Made by a program: the position numbers and the translations under genes | In this document: positions 25,966 through 34,612 of the stretch, in pieces | Layout of the letters: the number at the start of each line of letters is the position of its first letter | Position numbering within the stretch: the first letter of the stretch is position 1 | Notes under the pieces: generated by a model | Seen by the model: the letters and a program-made list of their open reading frames with translations, nothing else | Told to the model about the DNA's origin: nothing | The model's database searches: none | From: a virus | Virus genome (UHGV): UHGV-0153024 | DNA length: 38,923 bases | Reading direction: 5' to 3' (one strand)

Positions 25966-27048
25966 ATGAAAAAAGTATTGATAGTTAGCTTGGTGGGCAT
26001 CGGAGATCACTTATTATCACGAGTATTCATGAAATCACTCCGCGATGATGAAAAATATAAGCACGCTAAATTCACCTTGCTTGGCAACACTGCATTCAAA
26101 GATTTTTCTCTCAAGTTTGATATGAATATATTTAATCATTTCATTTGGGTTGATTGTAATAAGGTTACTCCTTATGTGCAAACCAAAGAGAGCACATATA
26201 CTAAGATTAAAAATAAAGCCATCAGGTTTTACATCAGAAATTTAATTAAGCACTCAAATTTCGATGAGATTATAGTTCCAGATTGGTGGGGTGCGTCAAC
26301 TACTTTGCGTGTTACTCCATTTATCTCTAGTGTGAGGGATAGAGCCATCATCAATGGTATGAATATACCTGACCATCAAAGGGAGTTTTTTGGCTATTCC
26401 ACAAAGCCGGATATTGATTTTTCAAAGCATGTCCTGGATATGAATAAAGAGTTTTTCTCTGAGATTATACCATTTCCTAAATTCGAAGTTGAAATTCCAC
26501 TAAAAAATAAAAATAAAGACAGTGGCAAGATTGATATTTGCATTTCACTGGGAGCCTCTGCGCCTTTTAAAAAATACCCTGTATTACAATTAGCAAATGT
26601 AATAAACAGCATATCATCTTCATACAATGCCAATTTTAAAATCATTGGCTCCAATGATGAAATTTCAGATTACAATGTTCTTATTGAGCATATCGATAAC
26701 AAGGATATTGTAGCAGGTTTTGTTGGAAGGACTACATTATCTGAGTCGTGCGATATTGTTCTTTCATCTGAACTTTTGATTGCAAACGACACAGGCATGT
26801 TCCATGTTGGTGCTCTGGCAGGGATTAAAACTGTTTGTATTTCGAATGGTACTGGTTTGCATGCATTTGTGCCATACCCTGAGGAATTTTCGAACTGTAT
26901 TACGGTTTTCCCACCAGAGATACAAAACAAGGTAGGCACAAAAGATTTTATAAATGCACATGGCTGGTCTGGCTCAGCAATTCCGATGTCGAATATATCA
27001 CCAGACGATGTTCTTGCGGCTTGTTATAAATTGCTAAATAAAAAATAG
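25966..27048 (+). CDS. Glycosyltransferase family 9 (heptosyltransferase-like)
   Basis: GT9-type motifs: N-terminal KVLIVSLVGIGDHLL (cf. WaaC ILIVKTSSMGDVLH), central GASAPFKKYP, C-terminal ELLIANDTGMFHVGALAGIKTV (cf. VSVDTGLSHLTAALDRP); AT-rich; RBS GAGGT 5 nt before the ATG. Confidence 0.7.
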   Translation: MKKVLIVSLVGIGDHLLSRVFMKSLRDDEKYKHAKFTLLGNTAFKDFSLKFDMNIFNHFIWVDCNKVTPYVQTKESTYTKIKNKAIRFYIRNLIKHSNFDEIIVPDWWGASTTLRVTPFISSVRDRAIINGMNIPDHQREFFGYSTKPDIDFSKHVLDMNKEFFSEIIPFPKFEVEIPLKNKNKDSGKIDICISLGASAPFKKYPVLQLANVINSISSSYNANFKIIGSNDEISDYNVLIEHIDNKDIVAGFVGRTTLSESCDIVLSSELLIANDTGMFHVGALAGIKTVCISNGTGLHAFVPYPEEFSNCITVFPPEIQNKVGTKDFINAHGWSGSAIPMSNISPDDVLAACYKLLNKK

Positions 27049-27058
27049 ATGAAGTAAT

Positions 27059-27454
27059 TCAAGCTGGCTTTTCCGGCCAGCTAATCTCTGCATTAGTGTT
27101 AGCGTCAATCCTGCTCAGCAATACCCGGTATTGCTTCCACAATGGCAGCGCTACGGTTTCTGCATCTGTCGCCATACTCAAATCAACAGCATCCTGTAAA
27201 ACGCTAATCTGTTGTGTCGCCTCACTCATCAGTGCGTTTTTTGTAGCCAGATTATTGGCTATTTTCTGCTGTTTTGCTGCCTCAAGTTCTTTATTAGTTG
27301 GCGGTGGCGCACTAAAAACATCGTTATCGTAATGCCAGCCGATACCAACACCATCGGTAGAGAGAATGGCACTTGCTGATTCAGGCCACTCTGACTCGCC
27401 ATCCCAGATAACAATATTTTCTACGATACCATTTTTGATAATTGCATAGTTCAT
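27059..27454 (-). CDS. Tail fibre assembly protein (Tfa-like chaperone)
   Basis: C-terminus LPLWKQYRVLLSRIDANTNAEISWPEKPA matches the conserved Tfa C-terminal motif (cf. lambda Tfa ...[22 protein letters not shown]...). Confidence 0.7.
   Translation of the reverse strand: MNYAIIKNGIVENIVIWDGESEWPESASAILSTDGVGIGWHYDNDVFSAPPPTNKELEAAKQQKIANNLATKNALMSEATQQISVLQDAVDLSMATDAETVALPLWKQYRVLLSRIDANTNAEISWPEKPA
27062..27082. terminator. Hairpin (AGCTGGC-loop-GCCAGCT) between the convergent GT9 and Tfa genes
   Basis: 7-bp stem with loop TTTTCCG, 14 nt after the GT9 stop and abutting the Tfa stop; candidate bidirectional terminator. Confidence 0.4.
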
Positions 27455-28135
27455 TTACGCATACTCCAAAATAATAATCACGCCAGCATTGCCCGGGTTG
27501 CCGTTGACATTCTGCGCCCCACCACTGGTTGCAGCGCCATTACCACCAGCACCATACCCACCAGGGCCAGAAATAAAGCTGCCGCCGCCAAGACCGGAAC
27601 CTACAGTCCCTCCGACTGCTGTTGGGGTTGCCATCACACCGGGTAGCCCGGCGTACCCGTTGCACAAAAGGGCACCCACGGTCGAAGTGCCACCCTGACC
27701 GCCCATGCCACATGACGCAGAGGAACCTGACGCGGTGCAGCCGTTGCCTGGCTGGCCTCCACCTGCTGAGAGATAAGAGCCAAAAGTCGTCGTGCCGCCC
27801 TGTGTACCATTGGTTATCGTCGACGCAATACCGCCATTACCACCCGCACCAATCGTGACAAGCACGGTTGATATCGCAGACAGGTTAAAGAGACCGCGTG
27901 CCATTCCACCGCCACCACCACCGCCACCCGCTGCGTTATAGTTTCCTGTGGAAGTTGCCCAGCCGCCGCCCCCACCGCCCCCAATAGCGATGACATCCGC
28001 GAACATTGCTCCGGGAGTTTTGGTGTAAGTGCCAGACGTCTTGATTATCTGCATGCCAATCAGACGACCGACTGCGCCGTTATTTACTAAACCAACGTTT
28101 ATGAAAATGCAGAGATAACGGCTAACTGGCATCAT
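27455..28135 (-). CDS. Glycine-rich tail fibre distal (receptor-binding) segment, inverted relative to H
   Basis: 226 aa with long poly-Gly/Gly-rich repeats; directly upstream of the co-oriented Tfa; adjacent to the DNA invertase, as stfE-tfaE-pinE in e14 and the Mu G segment. Confidence 0.65.
   Translation of the reverse strand: MMPVSRYLCIFINVGLVNNGAVGRLIGMQIIKTSGTYTKTPGAMFADVIAIGGGGGGGWATSTGNYNAAGGGGGGGGMARGLFNLSAISTVLVTIGAGGNGGIASTITNGTQGGTTTFGSYLSAGGGQPGNGCTASGSSASCGMGGQGGTSTVGALLCNGYAGLPGVMATPTAVGGTVGSGLGGGSFISGPGGYGAGGNGAATSGGAQNVNGNPGNAGVIIILEYA
28080..28107. other. Candidate Hin/Gin-type recombination (crossover) site
   Basis: TTATTTACTAAACCAACGTTTATGAAAA has the AAACC-NN-xGTTT core and flanks resembling hix/gix sites; lies 50 nt upstream of the invertase gene, inside the 5' end of the inverted fibre ORF. 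Confidence 0.35.
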
Positions 28136-28156
28136 CTCCGGTTTTTATTCAGGGGG

Positions 28157-28729
28157 ATGATCATGCTTATTGGCTATGTACGCGTGTCAACAAATGACCA
28201 GAACACCGATTTGCAACGCAATGCACTGAACTGTGCGGGATGTGAGCGGATTTTTGAGGATAAAATCAGTGGCACCAAGTCCGACAGACCGGGGCTGAAA
28301 AAGCTGCTCAGGACACTATCGGCAGGAGACACGCTGGTTGTCTGGAAGCTGGACAGACTGGGGCGCAGTATGCGGCATCTTGTTACGCTGATAGAAGAGA
28401 TGCGCCAGCGTGGCGTGAATTTCCGAAGCCTGACTGACAGTATTGATACCAGCACCCCAATGGGCCGTTTCTTTTTTCATGTCATGGGTGCCCTGGCTGA
28501 AATGGAACGCGAACTGATAGTTGAACGTACCAGGGCGGGGCTGGCTGCAGCTCGTGCTAAAGGCAGAGTAGGTGGACGCCGTCCTAAGTTGACCAGCGAA
28601 CAGTGGGCACAGATTGGGCGTTTACTCGAGGCCGGAGAATCAAGACAGCGTATTGCACTGATTTTTGATGTAGGCGTTTCTACCATTTATCGAAAATTTC
28701 CGGCAAATAAGAACAATAAATCTCCCTGA
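28157..28729 (+). CDS. Serine DNA invertase (Hin/Gin/Pin/Cin family)
   Basis: 190 aa; N-terminal catalytic motif MLIGYVRVSTNDQNTDLQ (active-site Ser), conserved core, C-terminal HTH (VSTIYRKF). Confidence 0.9.
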   Translation: MIMLIGYVRVSTNDQNTDLQRNALNCAGCERIFEDKISGTKSDRPGLKKLLRTLSAGDTLVVWKLDRLGRSMRHLVTLIEEMRQRGVNFRSLTDSIDTSTPMGRFFFHVMGALAEMERELIVERTRAGLAAARAKGRVGGRRPKLTSEQWAQIGRLLEAGESRQRIALIFDVGVSTIYRKFPANKNNKSP

Positions 28730-28776
28730 ATCAGCTTTATTTTGATTATCCCTGAAAGCAGACAAATACCGTCATT

Positions 28777-28796
28777 TTGTGTGAATAACGGTACAA
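28777..28796. promoter_or_regulatory. Late-promoter activator dyad upstream of FI (TTGTGTGAATAACGGTACAA)
   Basis: TGT 28778-28780, 12 nt, ACA 28793-28795; about 85 nt upstream of the FI start; near-identical arms to the P/O site. Confidence 0.45.
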
Positions 28797-28871
28797 CTGC
28801 GCTTAGCTGTTTGTCAGGCACAATCACTTCAACATAGGGCGAAGCCTAATCCAATCAGGAGGTTCGCCACT

Positions 28872-30044
28872 ATGGCTCAGGATTACCACCACGGGGTGCG
28901 CGTTGTTGAAGTCAACGAAGGCACCCGAACCATTACCACGGTGAGCACCGCCATCGTGGGTATGGTCTGCACGGGCGATGATGCCGATGCAAAAATGTTT
29001 CCTCTTAATAAACCCGTGCTGATCACTGATGTGCTGACTGCCAGCGGTAAAGCGGGTGAGTCAGGCACGCTGGCTCGTTCGCTGGATGCCATCGCTGACC
29101 AGGCAAAACCCGTGACCGTTGTTGTGCGTGTGCCGCAGGGTGAAACGGAAGAAGAAACCACGACCAATATCATCGGAGCAGTGACCGCTGAAGGTAAAAA
29201 AACAGGCATGAAAGCCCTGTTATCTGCCCAGTCACAGCTCGGCGTTAAACCGCGCATTCTCGGCGTGCCAGGTCACGACACGAAGGCGGTAGCTACTGAG
29301 TTGCTGAGCGTGGCGCAAAGCCTGCGTGGATTTGCTTACCTGTCAGCGTATGGTTGCAAGACAGTGCAGGAAGCAATCACTTACCGTGAAAACTTCAGTC
29401 AGCGTGAAGGAATGCTGATCTGGCCCGACTTTACTGGCTGGGACACGGTGCTGAATGCCGAAGCAACGGCTTATGCCACCGCCCGTGCGCTTGGTCTGCG
29501 CGCCAAAATTGACGAGCAGACCGGATGGCACAAAAGCCTGTCCAACGTGGGCGTTAACGGTGTCACCGGAATTTCTGCTGATGTGTTCTGGGATCTGCAG
29601 GACCCGGCAACCGATGCGGGACTGCTGAACCAGAACGACGTCACCACCCTTATCCGCAAAGACGGTTTTCGCTTCTGGGGTTCCCGCTGCCTGAGTGATG
29701 ACCCGCTCTTTGCCTTCGAAAACTACACCCGCACGGCGCAGGTGCTGACGGACACGATGGCAGAAGCGCACATGTGGGCGGTGGATAAACCGCTGAATCC
29801 GTCGCTGGCCCGCGACATTATCGAGGGTATCCGCGCCAAAATGCGCAGCCTGGTCAGTCAGGGCTATCTCATTGGTGGTGATTGCTGGCTGGATGAGTCG
29901 GTGAACGACAAAGACACGCTGAAAGCCGGAAAACTCACCATCGACTACGACTACACGCCAGTGCCGCCACTTGAAAACCTGATGCTGCGTCAGCGCATCA
30001 CCGATCAGTACCTGGTGAATTTCTCCAGCCAGGTCAGCGCGTAA
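28872..30044 (+). CDS. FI: Tail sheath protein (P2 gpFI-like)
   Basis: 390 aa (P2 FI about 396 aa); RBS AGGAGG upstream. Confidence 0.9.
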   Translation: MAQDYHHGVRVVEVNEGTRTITTVSTAIVGMVCTGDDADAKMFPLNKPVLITDVLTASGKAGESGTLARSLDAIADQAKPVTVVVRVPQGETEEETTTNIIGAVTAEGKKTGMKALLSAQSQLGVKPRILGVPGHDTKAVATELLSVAQSLRGFAYLSAYGCKTVQEAITYRENFSQREGMLIWPDFTGWDTVLNAEATAYATARALGLRAKIDEQTGWHKSLSNVGVNGVTGISADVFWDLQDPATDAGLLNQNDVTTLIRKDGFRFWGSRCLSDDPLFAFENYTRTAQVLTDTMAEAHMWAVDKPLNPSLARDIIEGIRAKMRSLVSQGYLIGGDCWLDESVNDKDTLKAGKLTIDYDYTPVPPLENLMLRQRITDQYLVNFSSQVSA

Positions 30045-30053
30045 GGGGACAAC

Positions 30054-30569
30054 ATGGCTTTACCACGCAAATTAAAACACCTGAACCTGTTTAATGACGG
30101 GAACAACTGGCAGGGGATCGTTGAGTCGCTGACGCTGCCGAAATTTACCCGCAAATATGAGAAGTATCGCGGCGGCGGAATGCCGGGTGCAGTGGATGTG
30201 GATCTGGGGCTGGATGACGGCGCACTGGATACGGAATTTTCCATTGGTGGTACTGAACTGCTGCTGTTTAAGCAGATGGGCAAAGCCACGGTGGATGGTA
30301 TCCAGTTGCGCTTTACCGGCTCTATCCAGCGTGACGATACCGGGGAAGTGCAGGCCGTGGAGCTTGTGGTGCGTGGACGTCACAAAGAAGTGGATTCCGG
30401 CGAGTGGAAGACGGGCGAAAGCAACACCACCAAAGTGACCAGTACCAACAGCTACGCGAAGCTGACTATAAATGGTGAGGTGCTCTATGAAGTGGACCTT
30501 ATCAACATGGTGGAAATTGTGGACGGTGTGGACCTGATGGAAGCGCACCGCAACGCCCTCGGCCTCTGA
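30054..30569 (+). CDS. FII: Tail tube protein (P2 gpFII-like)
   Basis: 171 aa; follows the sheath gene. Confidence 0.9.
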   Translation: MALPRKLKHLNLFNDGNNWQGIVESLTLPKFTRKYEKYRGGGMPGAVDVDLGLDDGALDTEFSIGGTELLLFKQMGKATVDGIQLRFTGSIQRDDTGEVQAVELVVRGRHKEVDSGEWKTGESNTTKVTSTNSYAKLTINGEVLYEVDLINMVEIVDGVDLMEAHRNALGL

Positions 30570-30623
30570 TGTATCTGAACGGCGCGGGATACCGCGCCAG
30601 AACCCAATTTACAGGACAGCAAA

Positions 30624-30926
30624 ATGAGCGATAAGCAGACTGAAAAGACTATTCAACTGGATACCCCCATCAAGCGCGGTAAAACAGAAATCACCGAAAT
30701 TGTGCTGCGTAAACCGCAGTCCGGTGCGCTGCGCGGTACACGCCTGCAGGCCATTATGGATATGGATGTGAACGCGATGATGACCGTGATCCCCCGCATC
30801 TCCAGTCCGGCACTGACTGCACAGGAAATTGCAGAGATGGACCCGGCAGATCTCACTGCCATGTCGGTTGAGGTTGTCACTTTTTTGTTGAAGAAGTCGG
30901 TGCTTGCCGGTTTACCGACAGCCTGA
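30624..30926 (+). CDS. E: Tail assembly chaperone E (P2 gpE-like)
   Basis: 100 aa; ends shortly after a TTTTTTG slippery heptamer. Confidence 0.8.
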   Translation: MSDKQTEKTIQLDTPIKRGKTEITEIVLRKPQSGALRGTRLQAIMDMDVNAMMTVIPRISSPALTAQEIAEMDPADLTAMSVEVVTFLLKKSVLAGLPTA

Positions 30927-31060
30927 CGGTTGACGATCTGGTGGCTGATATCGCCACCATCTTTCACTGGCCGCCATCCGTTACTGACGTTATGCCGCTG
31001 ACCGAAGTGCTGGAATGGCGGTATAAAGCGATTCAGAGAAGCGGGGCCAACGATGAGTGA
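30624..31060 (+). CDS. Tail assembly chaperone E+E' produced by -1 programmed frameshift at TTTTTTG (30881-30887)
   Basis: The -1 frame stays open from the slippery site to a TGA at 31058-31060, overlapping the T start (extension VEEVGACRFTDSL...RSGANDE), as in the P2 E/E' and lambda G/GT arrangement. Confidence 0.6.
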
Positions 31061-34000
31061 TAATAACCTGCGCCTGCAGGTCATTCTTAATGCGGTTGAC
31101 AAACTCACCCGCCCATTCCGTGCTGCACAGGCCAGTTCGAAAGAGCTGGCTGGCGCAATCAGAAACTCCCGTGACGCATTAAAGCAACTCAATCAGGCGG
31201 GTAACAGCCTGGAAAAATTTCGCAAGCTGCAGGCCGATAACAAAAAGTTAGGCGACAGGCTGAACTATGCCAGACAGAAGGCAAATTTGCTTAGTTCTGA
31301 GCTGGAAGCGATGGAACAACCATCACAACGGCACCTTGTGGCTTTAGGTCGGCAAACGCTGGCAGTCCAACGCCTGGAAGAACAACAAAAATATTTGCAG
31401 AAGCAAACGGCGCTTGTGCGTGCAGAACTGTACCGGGCGGGAATTTCTGCGAAAGATGATGCGGGAGCAACTGCCCGTTTAGCCCGTGAAACATCACGTT
31501 ATAACCAGGAATTGTCGAAACAGGAGGCGCGGCTGAAGCGACTGGGGGAAGCTCAGCGCAGGATGAATGCAGCGCGTGCCAGTTATGCCCGTTCGCTGGA
31601 GGTGCGCGATCGCATCGCAGGAGCTGGAGCCACTACCACGGCTGCAGGGCTGGCAATGGGCGCGCCAGTGATGGCGGCAGTAAAAAGCTATACCAGCATG
31701 GAAGATGCCATGAAAGGTGTGGCAAAGCAGGTCAATGGTCTGCGTGACGATAATGGCAACCGCACTGCACGTTTTTATGAAATGCAGGATGCCATCAAGG
31801 CTGCCAGTGAACAGTTGCCGATGGAAAACGGTGCGGTGGACTTCGCTGCACTGGTTGAAGGTGGTGCGCGTATGAACGTCGCAAACCCTGACGACAGCTG
31901 GGAAGACCAGAAACGTGACCTGCTGGCCTTCGCCAGTACGGCAGCAAAGGCGGCAACAGCCTTTGAGCTGCCAGCGGATGAACTGTCAGAAAGTCTGGGG
32001 AAAATCGCCCAGCTCTACAAAATACCTACCCGCAATATTGAACAGCTCGGCGATGCGCTGAACTATCTGGATGATAACGCCATGTCGAAAGGGGCGGACA
32101 TCATCGATGTGATGCAACGTCTGGGCGGTGTGGCTGACCGTCTGGATTATCGTAAAGCGGCGGCACTGGGTTCCACCTTCCTGACTCTGGGTGCTGCGCC
32201 GGAGGTTGCAGCCAGTGCAGCAAACGCGATGGTGCGTGAATTGTCCATTGCCACCATGCAAAGCAAGAGTTTCTTTGAAGGGATGAATCTGCTGAAACTC
32301 AATCCTGAAGTGATTGAAAAGCAGATGACGAAGGATGCGATGGGAACTATCCAGCGCGTACTGGAGAAGGTGAACGCACTGCCGCAGGATAAACGTCTGT
32401 CTGCCATGACCATGTTGTTTGGTAAAGAGTTTGGCGATGACGCGGCGAAACTGGCAAACAACCTGCCGGAACTGCAGCGCCAGCTAAAACTGACAGCGGG
32501 CAATGATGCGCTCGGCTCCATGCAGAAAGAATCCGACATTAACAAGGACTCACTTTCTGCGCAGTGGTTGCTGGTCAAAACCGGAGCGCAGAACACCTTC
32601 AGCAGCCTGGGCGAAACGCTGCGCCAGCCGCTGATGGATATTCTGTACACAGTGAAAAGCATCACGGGGGCGTTGCGCCGCTGGGTGGAAGCTAACCCGG
32701 AACTGACAGGCACACTGATGAAAGTAGCCGCTGTGGTGGCTGCGGTTACCGTAGGCCTCGGAACCTTAGCGGTGGCGCTGGCTGCAGTGCTGGGGCCGCT
32801 GGCAGTGATCCGTCTGGGATTCTCTGTGCTGGGTATCAAAACGTTACCTTCCGTTACGGCAGCAGTAACCCGAACCCGCAGCGCGTTGTCCTGGCTGGCT
32901 GGCGCTCCACTGGCACTGCTGCGACGCGGGCTTGCTTCATCGGGCAACGCCGCAGGTTTACTTACTGCGCCGTTGTCGTCTTTGCGCCGCACGGCATCAC
33001 TGACGGGAAATGTCCTGAAAACGGTAGCAGGTGCGCCGGTTGCACTTTTGCGGTCTGGATTATCCGGGTTACGTGCGGTTGCTGTGATGTTTATGAATCC
33101 ACTGGCAGCACTACGCGGTGGACTGGCTGCCGCAGGCGCGGTGCTGCGTGTGTTGGCATCCGGTCCGCTGGCGATGCTGCGCGTTGCCCTGTATGCCGTA
33201 TCTGGTCTGTTAGGTGCTCTGCTCAGTCCGATAGGTCTTGTGGTTACTGCACTGGCGGGCGTGGCGCTGGTTGTCTGGAAATACTGGCAACCCATCACCG
33301 CATTTCTCGGTGGCGTGGTGGAAGGATTCAAAGCGGCGGCAGGTCCCATCAGTGCTGCATTCGAACCGCTTAAGCCCGTGTTCCAGTGGATTGGCGACAA
33401 AGTACAGGCGCTGTGGGGCTGGTTTACTGATCTGCTGACGCCCGTTAAGTCGACCTCTGCCGAACTGCAGAGTGCAGCGGCAATGGGGCGGCGATTCGGG
33501 GAGGCACTGGCGGAAGGGCTGAATATGGTCATGCATCCGCTGGACTCCCTGAAATCCGGAGTTTCCTGGTTGCTGGAGAAACTCGGCATTGTCAGTAAAG
33601 AGGCCGCAAAGGCAAAACTACCGGAAAGCGTGACGCGTCAGCAACCTGCGACGGTGAATGCAGACGGTAAAGTGATGATGCCATCGGGTGATTTTCCGTC
33701 ATGGGGATATGGCTTTGCGGGTATGTATGACAGCGGCGGCTATATCCCGCGCGGGCAGTTTGGCATCGTCGGTGAAAACGGGCCGGAAATTGTTAACGGC
33801 CCGGCAAACGTGACCAGCCGGAGAAATACAGCTGCACTGGCTGCCGTTGTCGCCGGAATGATGGGCGTTGCTGCCGCGCCAGCAGAGCTTCCACCGTTGC
33901 ATCCTTTGGCGCTTCCCGCGAAAGGCGGTGAAGCGATGGTGAGTCGTGCAGCTACTGTGCCGCCCATTTACCGGATTGAAGCACCGACGCAGATCATCAT

Positions 34001-34130
34001 CCAGACACAGCCAGGACAAAGTGCGCAGGATATTGCGCGGGAGGTGGCCCGCCAGCTTGATGAACGTGAACGCAGGTTGAAGGCAAAAGCCAGGAGTAAC
34101 TACAGCGATCAGGGGGGATACGACGCATGA
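31053..34130 (+). CDS. T: Tail tape measure protein (P2 gpT-like)
   Basis: 1025 aa; N-terminal coiled-coil region; internal repeats of P(L/V)A(L/M)LRxGL; position after E/E'. Confidence 0.9.
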   Translation: MSDNNLRLQVILNAVDKLTRPFRAAQASSKELAGAIRNSRDALKQLNQAGNSLEKFRKLQADNKKLGDRLNYARQKANLLSSELEAMEQPSQRHLVALGRQTLAVQRLEEQQKYLQKQTALVRAELYRAGISAKDDAGATARLARETSRYNQELSKQEARLKRLGEAQRRMNAARASYARSLEVRDRIAGAGATTTAAGLAMGAPVMAAVKSYTSMEDAMKGVAKQVNGLRDDNGNRTARFYEMQDAIKAASEQLPMENGAVDFAALVEGGARMNVANPDDSWEDQKRDLLAFASTAAKAATAFELPADELSESLGKIAQLYKIPTRNIEQLGDALNYLDDNAMSKGADIIDVMQRLGGVADRLDYRKAAALGSTFLTLGAAPEVAASAANAMVRELSIATMQSKSFFEGMNLLKLNPEVIEKQMTKDAMGTIQRVLEKVNALPQDKRLSAMTMLFGKEFGDDAAKLANNLPELQRQLKLTAGNDALGSMQKESDINKDSLSAQWLLVKTGAQNTFSSLGETLRQPLMDILYTVKSITGALRRWVEANPELTGTLMKVAAVVAAVTVGLGTLAVALAAVLGPLAVIRLGFSVLGIKTLPSVTAAVTRTRSALSWLAGAPLALLRRGLASSGNAAGLLTAPLSSLRRTASLTGNVLKTVAGAPVALLRSGLSGLRAVAVMFMNPLAALRGGLAAAGAVLRVLASGPLAMLRVALYAVSGLLGALLSPIGLVVTALAGVALVVWKYWQPITAFLGGVVEGFKAAAGPISAAFEPLKPVFQWIGDKVQALWGWFTDLLTPVKSTSAELQSAAAMGRRFGEALAEGLNMVMHPLDSLKSGVSWLLEKLGIVSKEAAKAKLPESVTRQQPATVNADGKVMMPSGDFPSWGYGFAGMYDSGGYIPRGQFGIVGENGPEIVNGPANVTSRRNTAALAAVVAGMMGVAAAPAELPPLHPLALPAKGGEAMVSRAATVPPIYRIEAPTQIIIQTQPGQSAQDIAREVARQLDERERRLKAKARSNYSDQGGYDA

Positions 34131-34612
34131 TGATGGTGCTGGGATTGTACGTGTTTATGCTGCGCACCGTGCCGTATCAGGAACTGCAGTATCAACGCAG
34201 CTGGCGACATGCGGCTAACAGCCGGGTAAATCGTCGTCCGTCCACGCAGTTTCTGGGACCGGACAACGACATGCTGACGCTTTCCGGTGTTCTTATGCCG
34301 GAGATAACAGGCGGCAGGCTGTCGTTGCTGGCACTTGAGCAGATGGCAGAACAGGGGAAAGCATGGCCCCTGATTGAAGGCAGCGGCACGATTTACGGCA
34401 TGTATGTGATTGAGGGACTGAATCAGACTAAAACGGAGTTTTTCCGCGACGGTATGCCGCGCCGGATTGAGTTCACCCTGTCGCTCAAACGGGTGGATGA
34501 ATCTCTGTCCGATATGTTCGGTGATCTCAGTACGCAGCTGAATAATCTGCAGGACACGGCAACATCTGCATTAAGCGATATCAGTAAAACGGTGGGAGGG
34601 CTGCTGTCGTGA
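34127..34612 (+). CDS. U: Tail protein U (P2 gpU-like)
   Basis: 161 aa; follows T. Confidence 0.85.
   Translation: MMMVLGLYVFMLRTVPYQELQYQRSWRHAANSRVNRRPSTQFLGPDNDMLTLSGVLMPEITGGRLSLLALEQMAEQGKAWPLIEGSGTIYGMYVIEGLNQTKTEFFRDGMPRRIEFTLSLKRVDESLSDMFGDLSTQLNNLQDTATSALSDISKTVGGLLS

Noticed and set aside
32147-33589. 480-aa minus-strand ORF antisense to tape measure gene T
   Set aside because: Ala/Ser/Pro/Arg-rich translation of the reverse strand of a GC-rich gene; T on the plus strand is strongly supported by context.
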